DNA of 24,000 nucleotides. Origin: Candidatus Caldarchaeales archaeon (GTDB taxonomy: Archaea; Thermoproteota; Nitrososphaeria_A; Caldarchaeales; Calditenuaceae). The stretch covers positions 9,176 to 33,175 of the forward strand of contig JAVVGN010000013.1 of assembly GCA_032249095.1 (NCBI GenBank), written 5' to 3'. The notes beneath the pieces were generated by a model. The model had not been told where the DNA came from. It worked only from the letters and a program-made list of their open reading frames with translations, and did not search any database. Made by a program: the position numbers and the translations under genes. Below, piece after piece: positions 1 through 7,697 of this stretch (position 1 is its first letter; the number at the start of each line of letters is the position of its first letter).

Positions 1-56
1 CTCAGGAGCAGGCTGTAAAGGCCCCTCTTCACGAGGATCGGCAGAGACGTGTTCAC
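1..56 (-). CDS. Probable 5' end of a nosY-like ABC-2 permease (runs off the window edge)
   Basis: GTG at 56-54 overlaps the nosF stop (GTGA). The reverse-strand translation VNTSLPILVKRGLYSLLL is open to position 1. Its position after nosD-nosF fits the usual nosDFY order. Only 18 codons are visible. Confidence 0.4.
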   Translation of the reverse strand, partial: MNTSLPILVKRGLYSLLL

Positions 57-895
57 CCGCCGATCGCCCTCAGCAGCCCCTCAGCGTCCGGCTCCTCAAT
101 CCAGGCGTCCCTAATGTCGTAACCATCGTCGGCCAGCTCACTGAGCTTGGCGAAGACATCATCAGTGAGATAGGTTCTCCAGCTCCCACCCACTCTAACA
201 TGAATCTTGTAAATCGGCTTCACAATTCTACTCACCTCGTCTGCCTCCAGCATTCTCACAAGCCTCCCGTCGCTCAGCACGGCTACGTACTCGAAGCTAT
301 GGATCAGGCCGCTTAGTGTATGGACGCTTGCTATTACAGTACGCCCACGCTTCACCATGGTCTGCAGGAGCTCGCTCAGCTTGTTTCGGGCCATTGGATC
401 TAAATTATTGAAGGGCTCGTCTAGGATCAGTAGCTTTGGATCACCGATGAGAGCCAAGGAGATTGCCAGCCGCTGCTTCATGCCGCTGGAGAGGGAGCCG
501 ACCTTAGAGTAGGCCACTTCTTGTAGGCCGAATGGAGTTAGTACCTCGTCTAAGAAAACATCCACTCCCTTCATATCTGCAACGTAGTCGGCGAGTTCCA
601 CCACCCTTACATCCTCCTGATACCTAATGTTTTGAGGTACGTAGCCGACAAGCCTCCTGACCTCTCTCCCAAGTTTTTTAACATCCATTCCAAGCGTCAA
701 GATCCTGCCCTCAAACCCAATTATGCCGGTGATGCATCTCAGCAGGGTTGACTTCCCAGCGCCATTCTTTCCGACCAGAAGTACCGAGCTCCCGTCCTCA
801 ATCTCCATGCTTACATCCTTAAGTGCGAAATAGTCGCCAAAGCGCTTCGAAACCTCTTCAAGCTGTACGGCGCGCATTCCTCCAAGATAACGCAA
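53..895 (-). CDS. nosF: ABC transporter ATP-binding protein, NosF-like (Cu-processing system)
   Basis: Walker A GKNGAGKST, ABC signature LSSGMKQRL and Walker B LLILDEP are present. It lies directly downstream of nosD. The true start is more likely the internal Met at 877 (MRAVQLEEVSKRFG). Confidence 0.8.
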   Translation of the reverse strand: MRYLGGMRAVQLEEVSKRFGDYFALKDVSMEIEDGSSVLLVGKNGAGKSTLLRCITGIIGFEGRILTLGMDVKKLGREVRRLVGYVPQNIRYQEDVRVVELADYVADMKGVDVFLDEVLTPFGLQEVAYSKVGSLSSGMKQRLAISLALIGDPKLLILDEPFNNLDPMARNKLSELLQTMVKRGRTVIASVHTLSGLIHSFEYVAVLSDGRLVRMLEADEVSRIVKPIYKIHVRVGGSWRTYLTDDVFAKLSELADDGYDIRDAWIEEPDAEGLLRAIGG

Positions 896-2189
896 TTGCT
901 GTCGCAGGTAAAAAGGTTAGCAGGCAGGCGGCTAGTGTCCAGTTCCACGACGACGAATTGGTGGCAGACAGCGACCAGTGTGGTGAGCGAGCCGGCGACA
1001 TGTCAACCGCCTTGATGCGTGGATTTGTCTCTAGAACCGCCCTCATCATCGAGAGCGCCGTATATCCGGGCCCGTGCATGAATGCCCTGACTAGGGGGTA
1101 TCTGTCCGTAAGGGTCTCCATGGGGTCTACGAGGAGGAATCTATCGCCGAGCTGGTACTTCCTGTTGCTCCAAAAGTTGCCTCGCCAAACCAGCGATATA
1201 TCTGAGCCAGGCGTAGGGTAAAATTGCTGGGCATTCTCCAGCAAATCATTCTGCTCCAGAACTCCGCGAGCCCATATAGCCGCGACCACCCCAATGTTGT
1301 TATATGCTATGACGTTGTCCTTGATCTGTAGTAACTTATCACGCGGATAGGGTGTAGCCACTATATTTATGCCTACCGCGCTTCCGACGATAAGGTTTCT
1401 AGAAATAGTGACATCACACGCCTCGCGTAAGAACAAGCCCTCGCTTACTGATGCGCCTCTATTCTCCTTCAGAGTATTCCCCTGTACCTTGACTCCATAT
1501 GAATACATAATTGCGATTCCCACCAGGTTCTTCTGGTATACATTATCAAGGATTGTGTGGTTTACGGAGTACATGAGATGGGTTCCGTATCTTGAGTTGG
1601 TGAAGGTGTTGTTGGCGATGATTATGGAGTACGAGTGGTCTGAATAAACGCCGTCCTTTACATGGTCTATCATGTTCCCCGCTATCAGGGCTCCCTTAGT
1701 GTACCATAGGTAGACTCCGTGTCCGCGGTCACTTACCTCTCTCTCCCTCAGACTAGCAATCTTATTTTGCGCAACCACAACTCCAGAGGAATTAACAACA
1801 TAGACCCCATGTATGACATTTTCAACATCGTTGCCAATTACCGTAACGTTAGTGCTCCTCAAGATCTTTATCCCAGAAGGCTCGAAAGCCACATCACTAT
1901 ACGAGTTCACGACTCTCAATCCGCGCAGAACCACATTATCGCTCTCCACGACTATGACATCCCCCGCTCCTCCACCGTCAACTATGGCTCCCGGTGATCC
2001 TGTTATTGTGAGACTCTTCCAGACGCGTACCGGCCCCCTATATGTTCCTGGACCCAGTGTAATCACCGAGCCGGTATCCGCGTTGTCTATCAGCATCTGT
2101 AGATCTGTCTCTTGGACTCCAACCCCATAACCCATCCTCACCAATAGGCCGAGAAGAATTAGAAAAAAGGATGGGACTAGACCCCTCAT
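858..2189 (-). CDS. nosD: Periplasmic/extracellular right-handed beta-helix protein NosD
   Basis: It has an N-terminal signal/TM segment followed by repeated parallel beta-helix units (VIGNDVENVIHGVYV, IAGNMIDHVKDGVYS, IANNTFTNSRYGTHL, QGNTLKENRG and others). The N-terminal LQMLIDNADTGSVITLGPGTYRGPV motif is typical of NosD. It overlaps the upstream gene by ATGA (2186-2189). Confidence 0.85.
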   Translation of the reverse strand: MRGLVPSFFLILLGLLVRMGYGVGVQETDLQMLIDNADTGSVITLGPGTYRGPVRVWKSLTITGSPGAIVDGGGAGDVIVVESDNVVLRGLRVVNSYSDVAFEPSGIKILRSTNVTVIGNDVENVIHGVYVVNSSGVVVAQNKIASLREREVSDRGHGVYLWYTKGALIAGNMIDHVKDGVYSDHSYSIIIANNTFTNSRYGTHLMYSVNHTILDNVYQKNLVGIAIMYSYGVKVQGNTLKENRGASVSEGLFLREACDVTISRNLIVGSAVGINIVATPYPRDKLLQIKDNVIAYNNIGVVAAIWARGVLEQNDLLENAQQFYPTPGSDISLVWRGNFWSNRKYQLGDRFLLVDPMETLTDRYPLVRAFMHGPGYTALSMMRAVLETNPRIKAVDMSPARSPHWSLSATNSSSWNWTLAACLLTFLPATAIALSWRNARRTA

Positions 2190-2782
2190 CTCGTCAATCT
2201 ATACGCGTTGAATAGCTCGATGAGTGGTGATGCCGTTAGAAGGGCTAAGGATAGGTCTGGGAAACTTCGTATGACAAAGTTTGCCACTCTGTGCTCGCCA
2301 ATGAATGGGGGGTCAAAAGGCTCGATCTTTATGGCTGCCCCAGGGGTTATTGTGTGAGTATAGTTATAGAGCCACAAATATACATAGAGATAAAGCGAGA
2401 GGACTAGAAGGATCCGCAAGGAAAGCGAGAGTTTTCCAAGCCTCATCTTCTTGAGATGAAAAGCCGCAGTGGAGAGTATTGCTAGAAAGATCGATAAAAG
2501 ATACACGTAGGGCAGGTATGCGATTTCCTGAATCTCTTCATTCCCTATCCTTCCCAGACCCACGTAGTGGTTTACTATGTTTATCTCTTGCAAGTCTCCT
2601 GACACTCCCCATAATGGGTGAACCACAACGGTAAGCCACTTCTGACCATAGAGTGGAGCGTTAAGCTGGAAACTCCACAAAGGTAGTAAGGGTGAGGGGA
2701 TCACAAGAAGCAGAGGCAAGAATAACATGAAATAGAAGATTACTTTCTTCCCACCGCTCTTCATGGCTTCTCCCTCGCCCAT
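2186..2782 (-). CDS. Integral membrane protein of unknown function embedded in the nos operon
   Basis: About 4-5 hydrophobic helices; I recognise no family. The likely start is the ATG at 2764 (MKSGGKK), which forms an ATGA overlap with the nosL stop. The 3' end overlaps the nosD start, implying translational coupling. Confidence 0.6.
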   Translation of the reverse strand: MGEGEAMKSGGKKVIFYFMLFLPLLLVIPSPLLPLWSFQLNAPLYGQKWLTVVVHPLWGVSGDLQEINIVNHYVGLGRIGNEEIQEIAYLPYVYLLSIFLAILSTAAFHLKKMRLGKLSLSLRILLVLSLYLYVYLWLYNYTHTITPGAAIKIEPFDPPFIGEHRVANFVIRSFPDLSLALLTASPLIELFNAYRLTR

Positions 2783-3243
2783 TCTAAGAGTTCTTCAAAC
2801 GTCTTAAGCACGCCTCCATGGGCCTCAGCGAGGGCTCGAGCATCTTCAACGTCCTCTACAGCCACCACTCCATAGCTCATGGGAGTCCACAGTTTTTTGG
2901 GGTCGGCGACAATGTATTGAGCTTTCTTCGCGTCAATAGGGCTCTTTTTCTTGAAATCTACCACCTTCGCATCCTGAATCGTTGCTCCCCCGCTCATGTG
3001 CCTGTAGTAGTCCTTGGCGAAGCACCCTGCGTCATCGTAGTAGTCCCAGTCAGTCGCCCCCGCAAGGAGTATTCCCGCGGCGTGTTCTAGCCTGCTTATG
3101 ATCATGCCGCACCTCTTACATCTGTCTTGCCCTAGCCTGATGTTGAAGGGTCTCTGACTCGCGGGTCTTCTGTAGATCAGGATTGCTCCAAATGCCGCGG
3201 CGAGCCCCACACCCGCGATGACTAGGAAGGCTCTTCTATTCAT
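2761..3243 (-). CDS. nosL: Copper chaperone NosL
   Basis: N-terminal TM/signal segment, then the NosL hallmark C-x2-C-G-M (DRCKRCGMII), plus YDDAGCF and PMSYGVVAV, in the spacing expected for NosL. Confidence 0.8.
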   Translation of the reverse strand: MNRRAFLVIAGVGLAAAFGAILIYRRPASQRPFNIRLGQDRCKRCGMIISRLEHAAGILLAGATDWDYYDDAGCFAKDYYRHMSGGATIQDAKVVDFKKKSPIDAKKAQYIVADPKKLWTPMSYGVVAVEDVEDARALAEAHGGVLKTFEELLEWAREKP

Positions 3244-3268
3244 CCTTATTGGTTGAAAGATCGTTTAA

Positions 3269-3691
3269 TCATCTGACCGCGATCTCGACCCCCTTGTGGG
3301 GGTGGAGTGTGCAGTAGATTGTGTAGTCTCCCGTCACCTTGAATGTGTATCGGAAAGACTTTCCAGGGTCTACGGGACCAGAGTCGAATCTTGAGGCGGC
3401 TGGAGGAACCTTCAGAGATGTAAAAGTGTGTGGTGTCTCGTCCTCATTCACGTATTCCACGATATCGCCGACATTTATGGTCAGTCTGCTTGGGTTGAAG
3501 AACCTATCGCTTATTACAGGCGGGTCTCCGAACTTCCAACCTTCCGGCGGTATGTAGCTCCCCTTCATGCTGACGATCCTCCAGACCTTACCCCCAACCC
3601 CCGTCCCCGGACCCTGAAGCAGGAACACAACAACGACGACCACAGCCACAACAGCGACAGCCACACCAGCCAAAAAAGCCTTACTAACCAA
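3269..3691 (-). CDS. Membrane-anchored cupredoxin (plastocyanin/amicyanin-like blue copper protein), probable electron donor to NosZ
   Basis: TTG start and a Val/Ala-rich N-terminal anchor. The cupredoxin fold signature is INVGDIVEYVNEDETPHTF ... YCTLHPH. It is adjacent and divergent to nosZ. Confidence 0.75.
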   Translation of the reverse strand: MVSKAFLAGVAVAVVAVVVVVVFLLQGPGTGVGGKVWRIVSMKGSYIPPEGWKFGDPPVISDRFFNPSRLTINVGDIVEYVNEDETPHTFTSLKVPPAASRFDSGPVDPGKSFRYTFKVTGDYTIYCTLHPHKGVEIAVR

Positions 3692-3839
3692 CCCTCGTCA
3701 CTCAGCCTAGATGTGCCGTCCGCGTGTATTTGTGTTTGTGGGTGAGCGCATTGACGGCTTCCCCAATCCTCCGCGGGCCGTCTAGCATGTTAGACGCGCG
3801 CTTAAGACCTCCACTCACAACCCCATTAACTGAGGGACG

Positions 3840-4712
3840 ATGGGCGTCATCAAGCCAAACATGGCCAGAAGGAAGATTCTCGCCTCTCTTGGCGCAGGTA
3901 TCGTGATAGGTGCCGCGGCCGGTTTCACGGGTAGTAGGCTAATCACTCCAACGGCTCCCCCACTGGCCGAAGAGCTCCTCAGAGTCATCAACGAGAGGAA
4001 GCTAGAGATGAGCCACGCAAAGGCCGCCCTCAAGACCTATGTTCCAGGCGGCTGGAAGGACGAGTTCATCATGATATCGTCAGGAGGCCATTCTGGGCAA
4101 GTTCTCGTCATAGGTGTCCCCTCGATGAGGCTGCATAAAGTCATCGCTGTATTCACGCCAGAGCCTTGGCAAGGATACGGCTATGGAGATGTGAAGACAA
4201 TGAAGCTGCTCACCAAGGGCTCGAACGGAGTAAGATTCCTTACGCTAGGTGATACGCATCACCCTGAAATTAGCAAGACGGGAGCGGAATATGATGGCGA
4301 ATGGGCATTCATCGGAGATAAGCTGAACGCGCGCGTAGCATCGATCAGCCTGAAAGACTTCGAGACAAAGGACATAGTGAAGCTGCCCAATACACAAACA
4401 CAGCACGGAGGAGCATGTGCATCCCCTAACACGAAGTATATCGCCTGCGGTAGCCAGTTCCCAGCCCCGTGGGAACCTGGAAGAGGGTACAAGCCAGGCG
4501 TAACATATGTGCCACTGACAGAGAAGAACTATGAGGAGCGTTTCAGGGGGACGGCAACCTTCCTAGCCTTCGACAGGGCCACCGGCCACTTCGACCTGTC
4601 GCGGAGCTTCCAAATAGAGTTGCCGCCCTATATGCAGGACCTCGAGGTTGTGGGCTGCGGACCTAGTGAGGGCTGGGCCTTCATGAACAGCATCAACACA
4701 GAGCTACAATAG
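3840..4712 (+). CDS. nosZ: Nitrous-oxide reductase NosZ, N-terminal fragment (gene disrupted by frameshift)
   Basis: Twin-arginine signal (MARRKILASLGAG) and the CuZ beta-propeller motif LGDTHHPE. The ORF ends at TAG 4710-4712 inside the conserved NSINTE region, and the homology continues in another frame. Confidence 0.85.
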   Translation: MGVIKPNMARRKILASLGAGIVIGAAAGFTGSRLITPTAPPLAEELLRVINERKLEMSHAKAALKTYVPGGWKDEFIMISSGGHSGQVLVIGVPSMRLHKVIAVFTPEPWQGYGYGDVKTMKLLTKGSNGVRFLTLGDTHHPEISKTGAEYDGEWAFIGDKLNARVASISLKDFETKDIVKLPNTQTQHGGACASPNTKYIACGSQFPAPWEPGRGYKPGVTYVPLTEKNYEERFRGTATFLAFDRATGHFDLSRSFQIELPPYMQDLEVVGCGPSEGWAFMNSINTELQ

Positions 4713-4744
4713 GTAACGTCTTAGAGGGTAAACCCTCGCTTGAA

Positions 4745-5887
4745 GTGGGGGCCGCTAAAAACGACTTTGACTACCTCCACATAATAAACTGGAAACGCGC
4801 CGAGGAACTTGTGAGAGGGGGCAGGGCGGTGGAGATGAATGGTATACGAGTGGTCCCACTGGAGGTCGCTGCAACGGAGGGTGTTCTCTTCTTCGCCCCC
4901 GAGCCCAAGAGCCCCCACGGGTGCGACATCTCGCCTAGTGGACGTTACGTCGTCGTGGGTGGCAAGCTAGCTCCTGTGGTGACAATCTATGATGTCGAGA
5001 AGATTAAGGACGCGATATCTAACCAGAGGTTTGCGGACACGGATAGGTATGGTGTGCCAGTCCTAAGGTTTGATGACGTGAAGGCGACACAGATTGAGAC
5101 AAACCTCGGGCCACTCCACAACGAGTTTGACTCCCAAGGCCGCGGCTATGTCAGCACCTTCATCGGAAACACCGTGGATAGATACACCTTAGGCCCACCA
5201 GACTACACCGGAGACAGACCCTTCACCAAGATAGGAGAAATAAGGATCCACTACAACGTCGGCCATATCTGCACCCCAGAGAGCAACTCTAAAGCGCCTA
5301 AAGGAAAATATCTCGTCGCGCTCAACAAGTGGGCCGTCGACAGATTCAACGACGTGGGGCCCCTATTGCCGCAGAATCTCCAGCTCATAGACATCACAGG
5401 CACAGAGATGGAGCTGCTATACGATATGCCGATAGGGATCGGCGAGCCCCACTACGCAAAGATGATACTGGCCTCCAAGCTTAAGCCGCTTGAGGTGTAT
5501 CCTGTCGGGACGGACCCCGAATCCTTCGACAAGAGCCCTTACGCCACGTCTAAGAAAGAGGAGCGGGTCGAGAGGAAGCAGGAGGATGGTCGCTGGGTTA
5601 CGGAGGTTTATGGGACTGTCGTGGTAAGCACTATCACGCCGGACTACATAAAAGTTAAGCAGGGAGACCTCGTTAGGCTATATCTAACTAACATCGAGAC
5701 TACAAAGGATGCCACACATGCCTTCGCGCTCAGCGAGTATAACGTGATGGCAAGCATAGAGCCGGGAGAGACCGCGACAATAGAGTTCATCGCTGATAAG
5801 CCTGGCGTGTATCTCTACTATTGTGTTGAGTTCTGCTCCCCCCTCCACCTAGAGATGGCCGGGTGGCTTGGGGTGGAGCCAACATAG
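4745..5887 (+). CDS. nosZ: Nitrous-oxide reductase NosZ, C-terminal fragment (rest of the propeller plus CuA domain)
   Basis: This frame is open from 4670. GNVLEGKPSLEVGAAKNDFDYLHIINW continues NosZ homology. EPHYAKM is a propeller motif. The CuA site is DATHAF ... C-VEF-C-SPL-H-LE-M (C-x3-C-x3-H-x2-M). Confidence 0.85.
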   Translation: MGAAKNDFDYLHIINWKRAEELVRGGRAVEMNGIRVVPLEVAATEGVLFFAPEPKSPHGCDISPSGRYVVVGGKLAPVVTIYDVEKIKDAISNQRFADTDRYGVPVLRFDDVKATQIETNLGPLHNEFDSQGRGYVSTFIGNTVDRYTLGPPDYTGDRPFTKIGEIRIHYNVGHICTPESNSKAPKGKYLVALNKWAVDRFNDVGPLLPQNLQLIDITGTEMELLYDMPIGIGEPHYAKMILASKLKPLEVYPVGTDPESFDKSPYATSKKEERVERKQEDGRWVTEVYGTVVVSTITPDYIKVKQGDLVRLYLTNIETTKDATHAFALSEYNVMASIEPGETATIEFIADKPGVYLYYCVEFCSPLHLEMAGWLGVEPT

Positions 5888-5896
5888 CAAGACGCT

Positions 5897-5948
5897 GATA
5901 TATATAATTGCATAAACCTGCATATTTTTTATAAGAGCATTAAAATAG
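5897..5948 (+). promoter_or_regulatory. AT-rich promoter region with several TATA-like boxes upstream of the HTH_10 regulator
   Basis: Candidate boxes are GATATATATAATTG, ATTTTTTATAAG and CATTAAAATAG. The last is about 30 nt upstream of ATG 5974, consistent with a short or absent leader. Confidence 0.4.
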
Positions 5949-5973
5949 CCTACGCTAGTAGAGTGCGGCTTAG

Positions 5974-6624
5974 ATGCCCCTTACAAGAGTAGTCTTATCC
6001 TTCCGACCTCCACCCACAGCATGGTTAACAGAAATAAATGGTGTCGAGGGTTTGTCAGTCCAGATTCTTGATTGCGTCGTCGACGATGATGGCTCAATAA
6101 AACATTTGGTGATGTTTCGGGCGAGGGACAAGGCGACGGCTGAGCAGGTTAAGCGCCTAGTAGGATCCCTCAGCCTCGTCAAGGATGTTCAACTATTTGG
6201 CAACAGCAGGGGAGGCGAAACCCTGTTTGGGATAGTCAAGTCTAGCGCCTGCACGGTCTGTAACGGACTAGCTAGCCAGTGCTTCATTAGGAGGGGAGAA
6301 TACCTCATAGAAAGAGAGAGGATAGTCTGGAGGTTTGTCGCACCGGATAGTGTGATTCAGAATGTTATGAAATACCTCGAGGGAAGGGGTGTCAAGGCTG
6401 AATTGCTGGAATCTGTGGAGGTTAAGGACTTTGGATCTGTAAATAATCAGCAGGTCCAACTGATTATCCAGGCCTTTGAGTCTGGTTATTTCGACGTACC
6501 TAGGAAAGTCTCGACGCGCGAGCTGGCGAAGAATCTTGGTAAGACTCCGGCAACGCTCTCGATATCGCTGAGGAGAGGCCTTAGAAGAGTCTTGACGAAT
6601 TATTTGGTCGTTAACAATTCTTGA
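5974..6624 (+). CDS. Transcriptional regulator with a C-terminal HTH_10 (bacterio-opsin activator type) domain
   Basis: The C-terminus QVQLIIQAFESGYFDVPRKVSTRELAKNLGKTPATLSISLRRGLRRVL closely follows the HTH_10 consensus (GYFdvPR ... LA ... lg ... t ... LRra). I do not recognise the N-terminal sensor-like part. Confidence 0.7.
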   Translation: MPLTRVVLSFRPPPTAWLTEINGVEGLSVQILDCVVDDDGSIKHLVMFRARDKATAEQVKRLVGSLSLVKDVQLFGNSRGGETLFGIVKSSACTVCNGLASQCFIRRGEYLIERERIVWRFVAPDSVIQNVMKYLEGRGVKAELLESVEVKDFGSVNNQQVQLIIQAFESGYFDVPRKVSTRELAKNLGKTPATLSISLRRGLRRVLTNYLVVNNS

Positions 6625-6761
6625 CAAAATCCACCTCTAACCTATAACTACCTACGCCTAGCTTAAGACTGCGTTGCTACGAGGCCGCGCTTCTTCAGGG
6701 GCCTCTCGTCTGAAATCTTAAGTCAAGGTGGATGACCTAACCGTAGTGGTGAGTTGCGGTC

Positions 6762-7673
6762 TTGGGGCCTGTTGAGCCGGATCTATCACCTCCCGTGAAC
6801 CTGCTATGCGAATACGTTGCTAACCCCGTTGGCTTGGATGTGTCCAGACCAAGGTTCTCTTGGATGCTTATGCACACTAGGCGTGGAGTCTCCCAATCTG
6901 CTTACAGGATACTAGTGGGCTCGTCTCTGGATCTCCTTGAGAGAGATGTTGGCGACATCTGGGATAGTGGGAAAGTCTATTCAAAACAGTCTGTCAACGT
7001 CGAGTATCGTGGGAGAGAGCTTGAGAGTCGGCGGAGATACTACTGGAAGGTCATGTGGTGGGATGATCTAGGCAGGGCCAGCCCTTGGAGCGAGCCGGCC
7101 GTGTTCGAGATGGGCCTACTGAGGCAGGAGGACTGGGTGGCCAGGTGGATTACGGGGGAGGGCCTTCTCAGGAAAAAATTCGTGCTGAGGAAGAGGGTTA
7201 GTTCTGCAAGGGCCTACGTGACGGGGCTAGGCTACTATGAGCTGAGGATAAATGGTGTGAGGGTAGGGGACAGATACCTAGACCCTGCATGGACCGACTA
7301 CGACAAGCTCGTACTATACTCCACTTACGATGTCACACACCTACTCCGCGAGGGCGAGAACATCGTAGGAATCATGCTCGGCAATGGCCGCTTCAACATT
7401 AAGGAGGAGCGGAGAAGCACTCATAAGCACTGGGGAGAGCCGCGAGCGCTACTGCAGATCAACGTGGAATATGAAGACGGATCCTCTGAGCTTATCGCGT
7501 CGGGCGAGGGTTGGAAGACCAAGAAAGGCCCCATCCTCGAGAACGATATTTACGACGGCGAAGTCTACGACGCGAGGCTCGAGGAGGAGGGTTGGGATAG
7601 ACCTGGTTACGACGATTCCGGCTGGCTGGACGCCAAGCTGTCAGAGCCTCCTAGCGGCCGACTTTGCTCCTAA
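6762..7673 (+). CDS. GH78 alpha-L-rhamnosidase, N-terminal part (ends at an in-frame TAA)
   Basis: PVNLLCEYVANPVGLDVSRPRFSWML, YYELRINGVRVGDRYLDPAWTDYDKLVLYSTYDVT and DIYDGEVYDARLE are typical GH78 N-terminal and beta-sandwich motifs. Confidence 0.85.
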   Translation: MGPVEPDLSPPVNLLCEYVANPVGLDVSRPRFSWMLMHTRRGVSQSAYRILVGSSLDLLERDVGDIWDSGKVYSKQSVNVEYRGRELESRRRYYWKVMWWDDLGRASPWSEPAVFEMGLLRQEDWVARWITGEGLLRKKFVLRKRVSSARAYVTGLGYYELRINGVRVGDRYLDPAWTDYDKLVLYSTYDVTHLLREGENIVGIMLGNGRFNIKEERRSTHKHWGEPRALLQINVEYEDGSSELIASGEGWKTKKGPILENDIYDGEVYDARLEEEGWDRPGYDDSGWLDAKLSEPPSGRLCS

Positions 7674-7697
7674 GCGACGCTTCCACCTATAAGGCGT

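Noticed and set aside
823-2130. Plus-strand ORFs 823..1221, 1369..1647, 1719..1997 and 1813..2130, antisense to nosD/nosF
   Set aside because: They lie entirely inside genes with strong family signatures on the opposite strand. They have no recognisable motifs and show off-frame, low-complexity composition. They are shadow ORFs.
3683-3694. 12-nt identity ACTAACCAACCC between 3683-3694 (the cupredoxin start region) and 19898-19909
   Set aside because: Over a dozen 12-mer coincidences are expected by chance in a 24-kb window. The first copy is explained by coding sequence and the start codon on the minus strand.
4690-4715. Programmed -1 ribosomal frameshift as the explanation for split nosZ
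   Set aside because: There is no slippery X-XXY-YYZ heptamer and no evident downstream stimulatory structure at the frame junction. A 1-nt indel or sequence error is more parsimonious. It is kept as a minor possibility in the finding.
6629-6733. Nested inverted repeats between the HTH_10 gene and the rhamnosidase gene: ATCCACCT/AGGTGGAT, CTTAAG/CTTAAG and GAGGCC/GGCCTC
   Set aside because: The stems are short (6-8 bp), spaced asymmetrically (23 nt versus 2 nt between stems) and enclose a 13-nt loop. There is nothing to distinguish them from chance, or from a weak terminator/operator, without comparative data.
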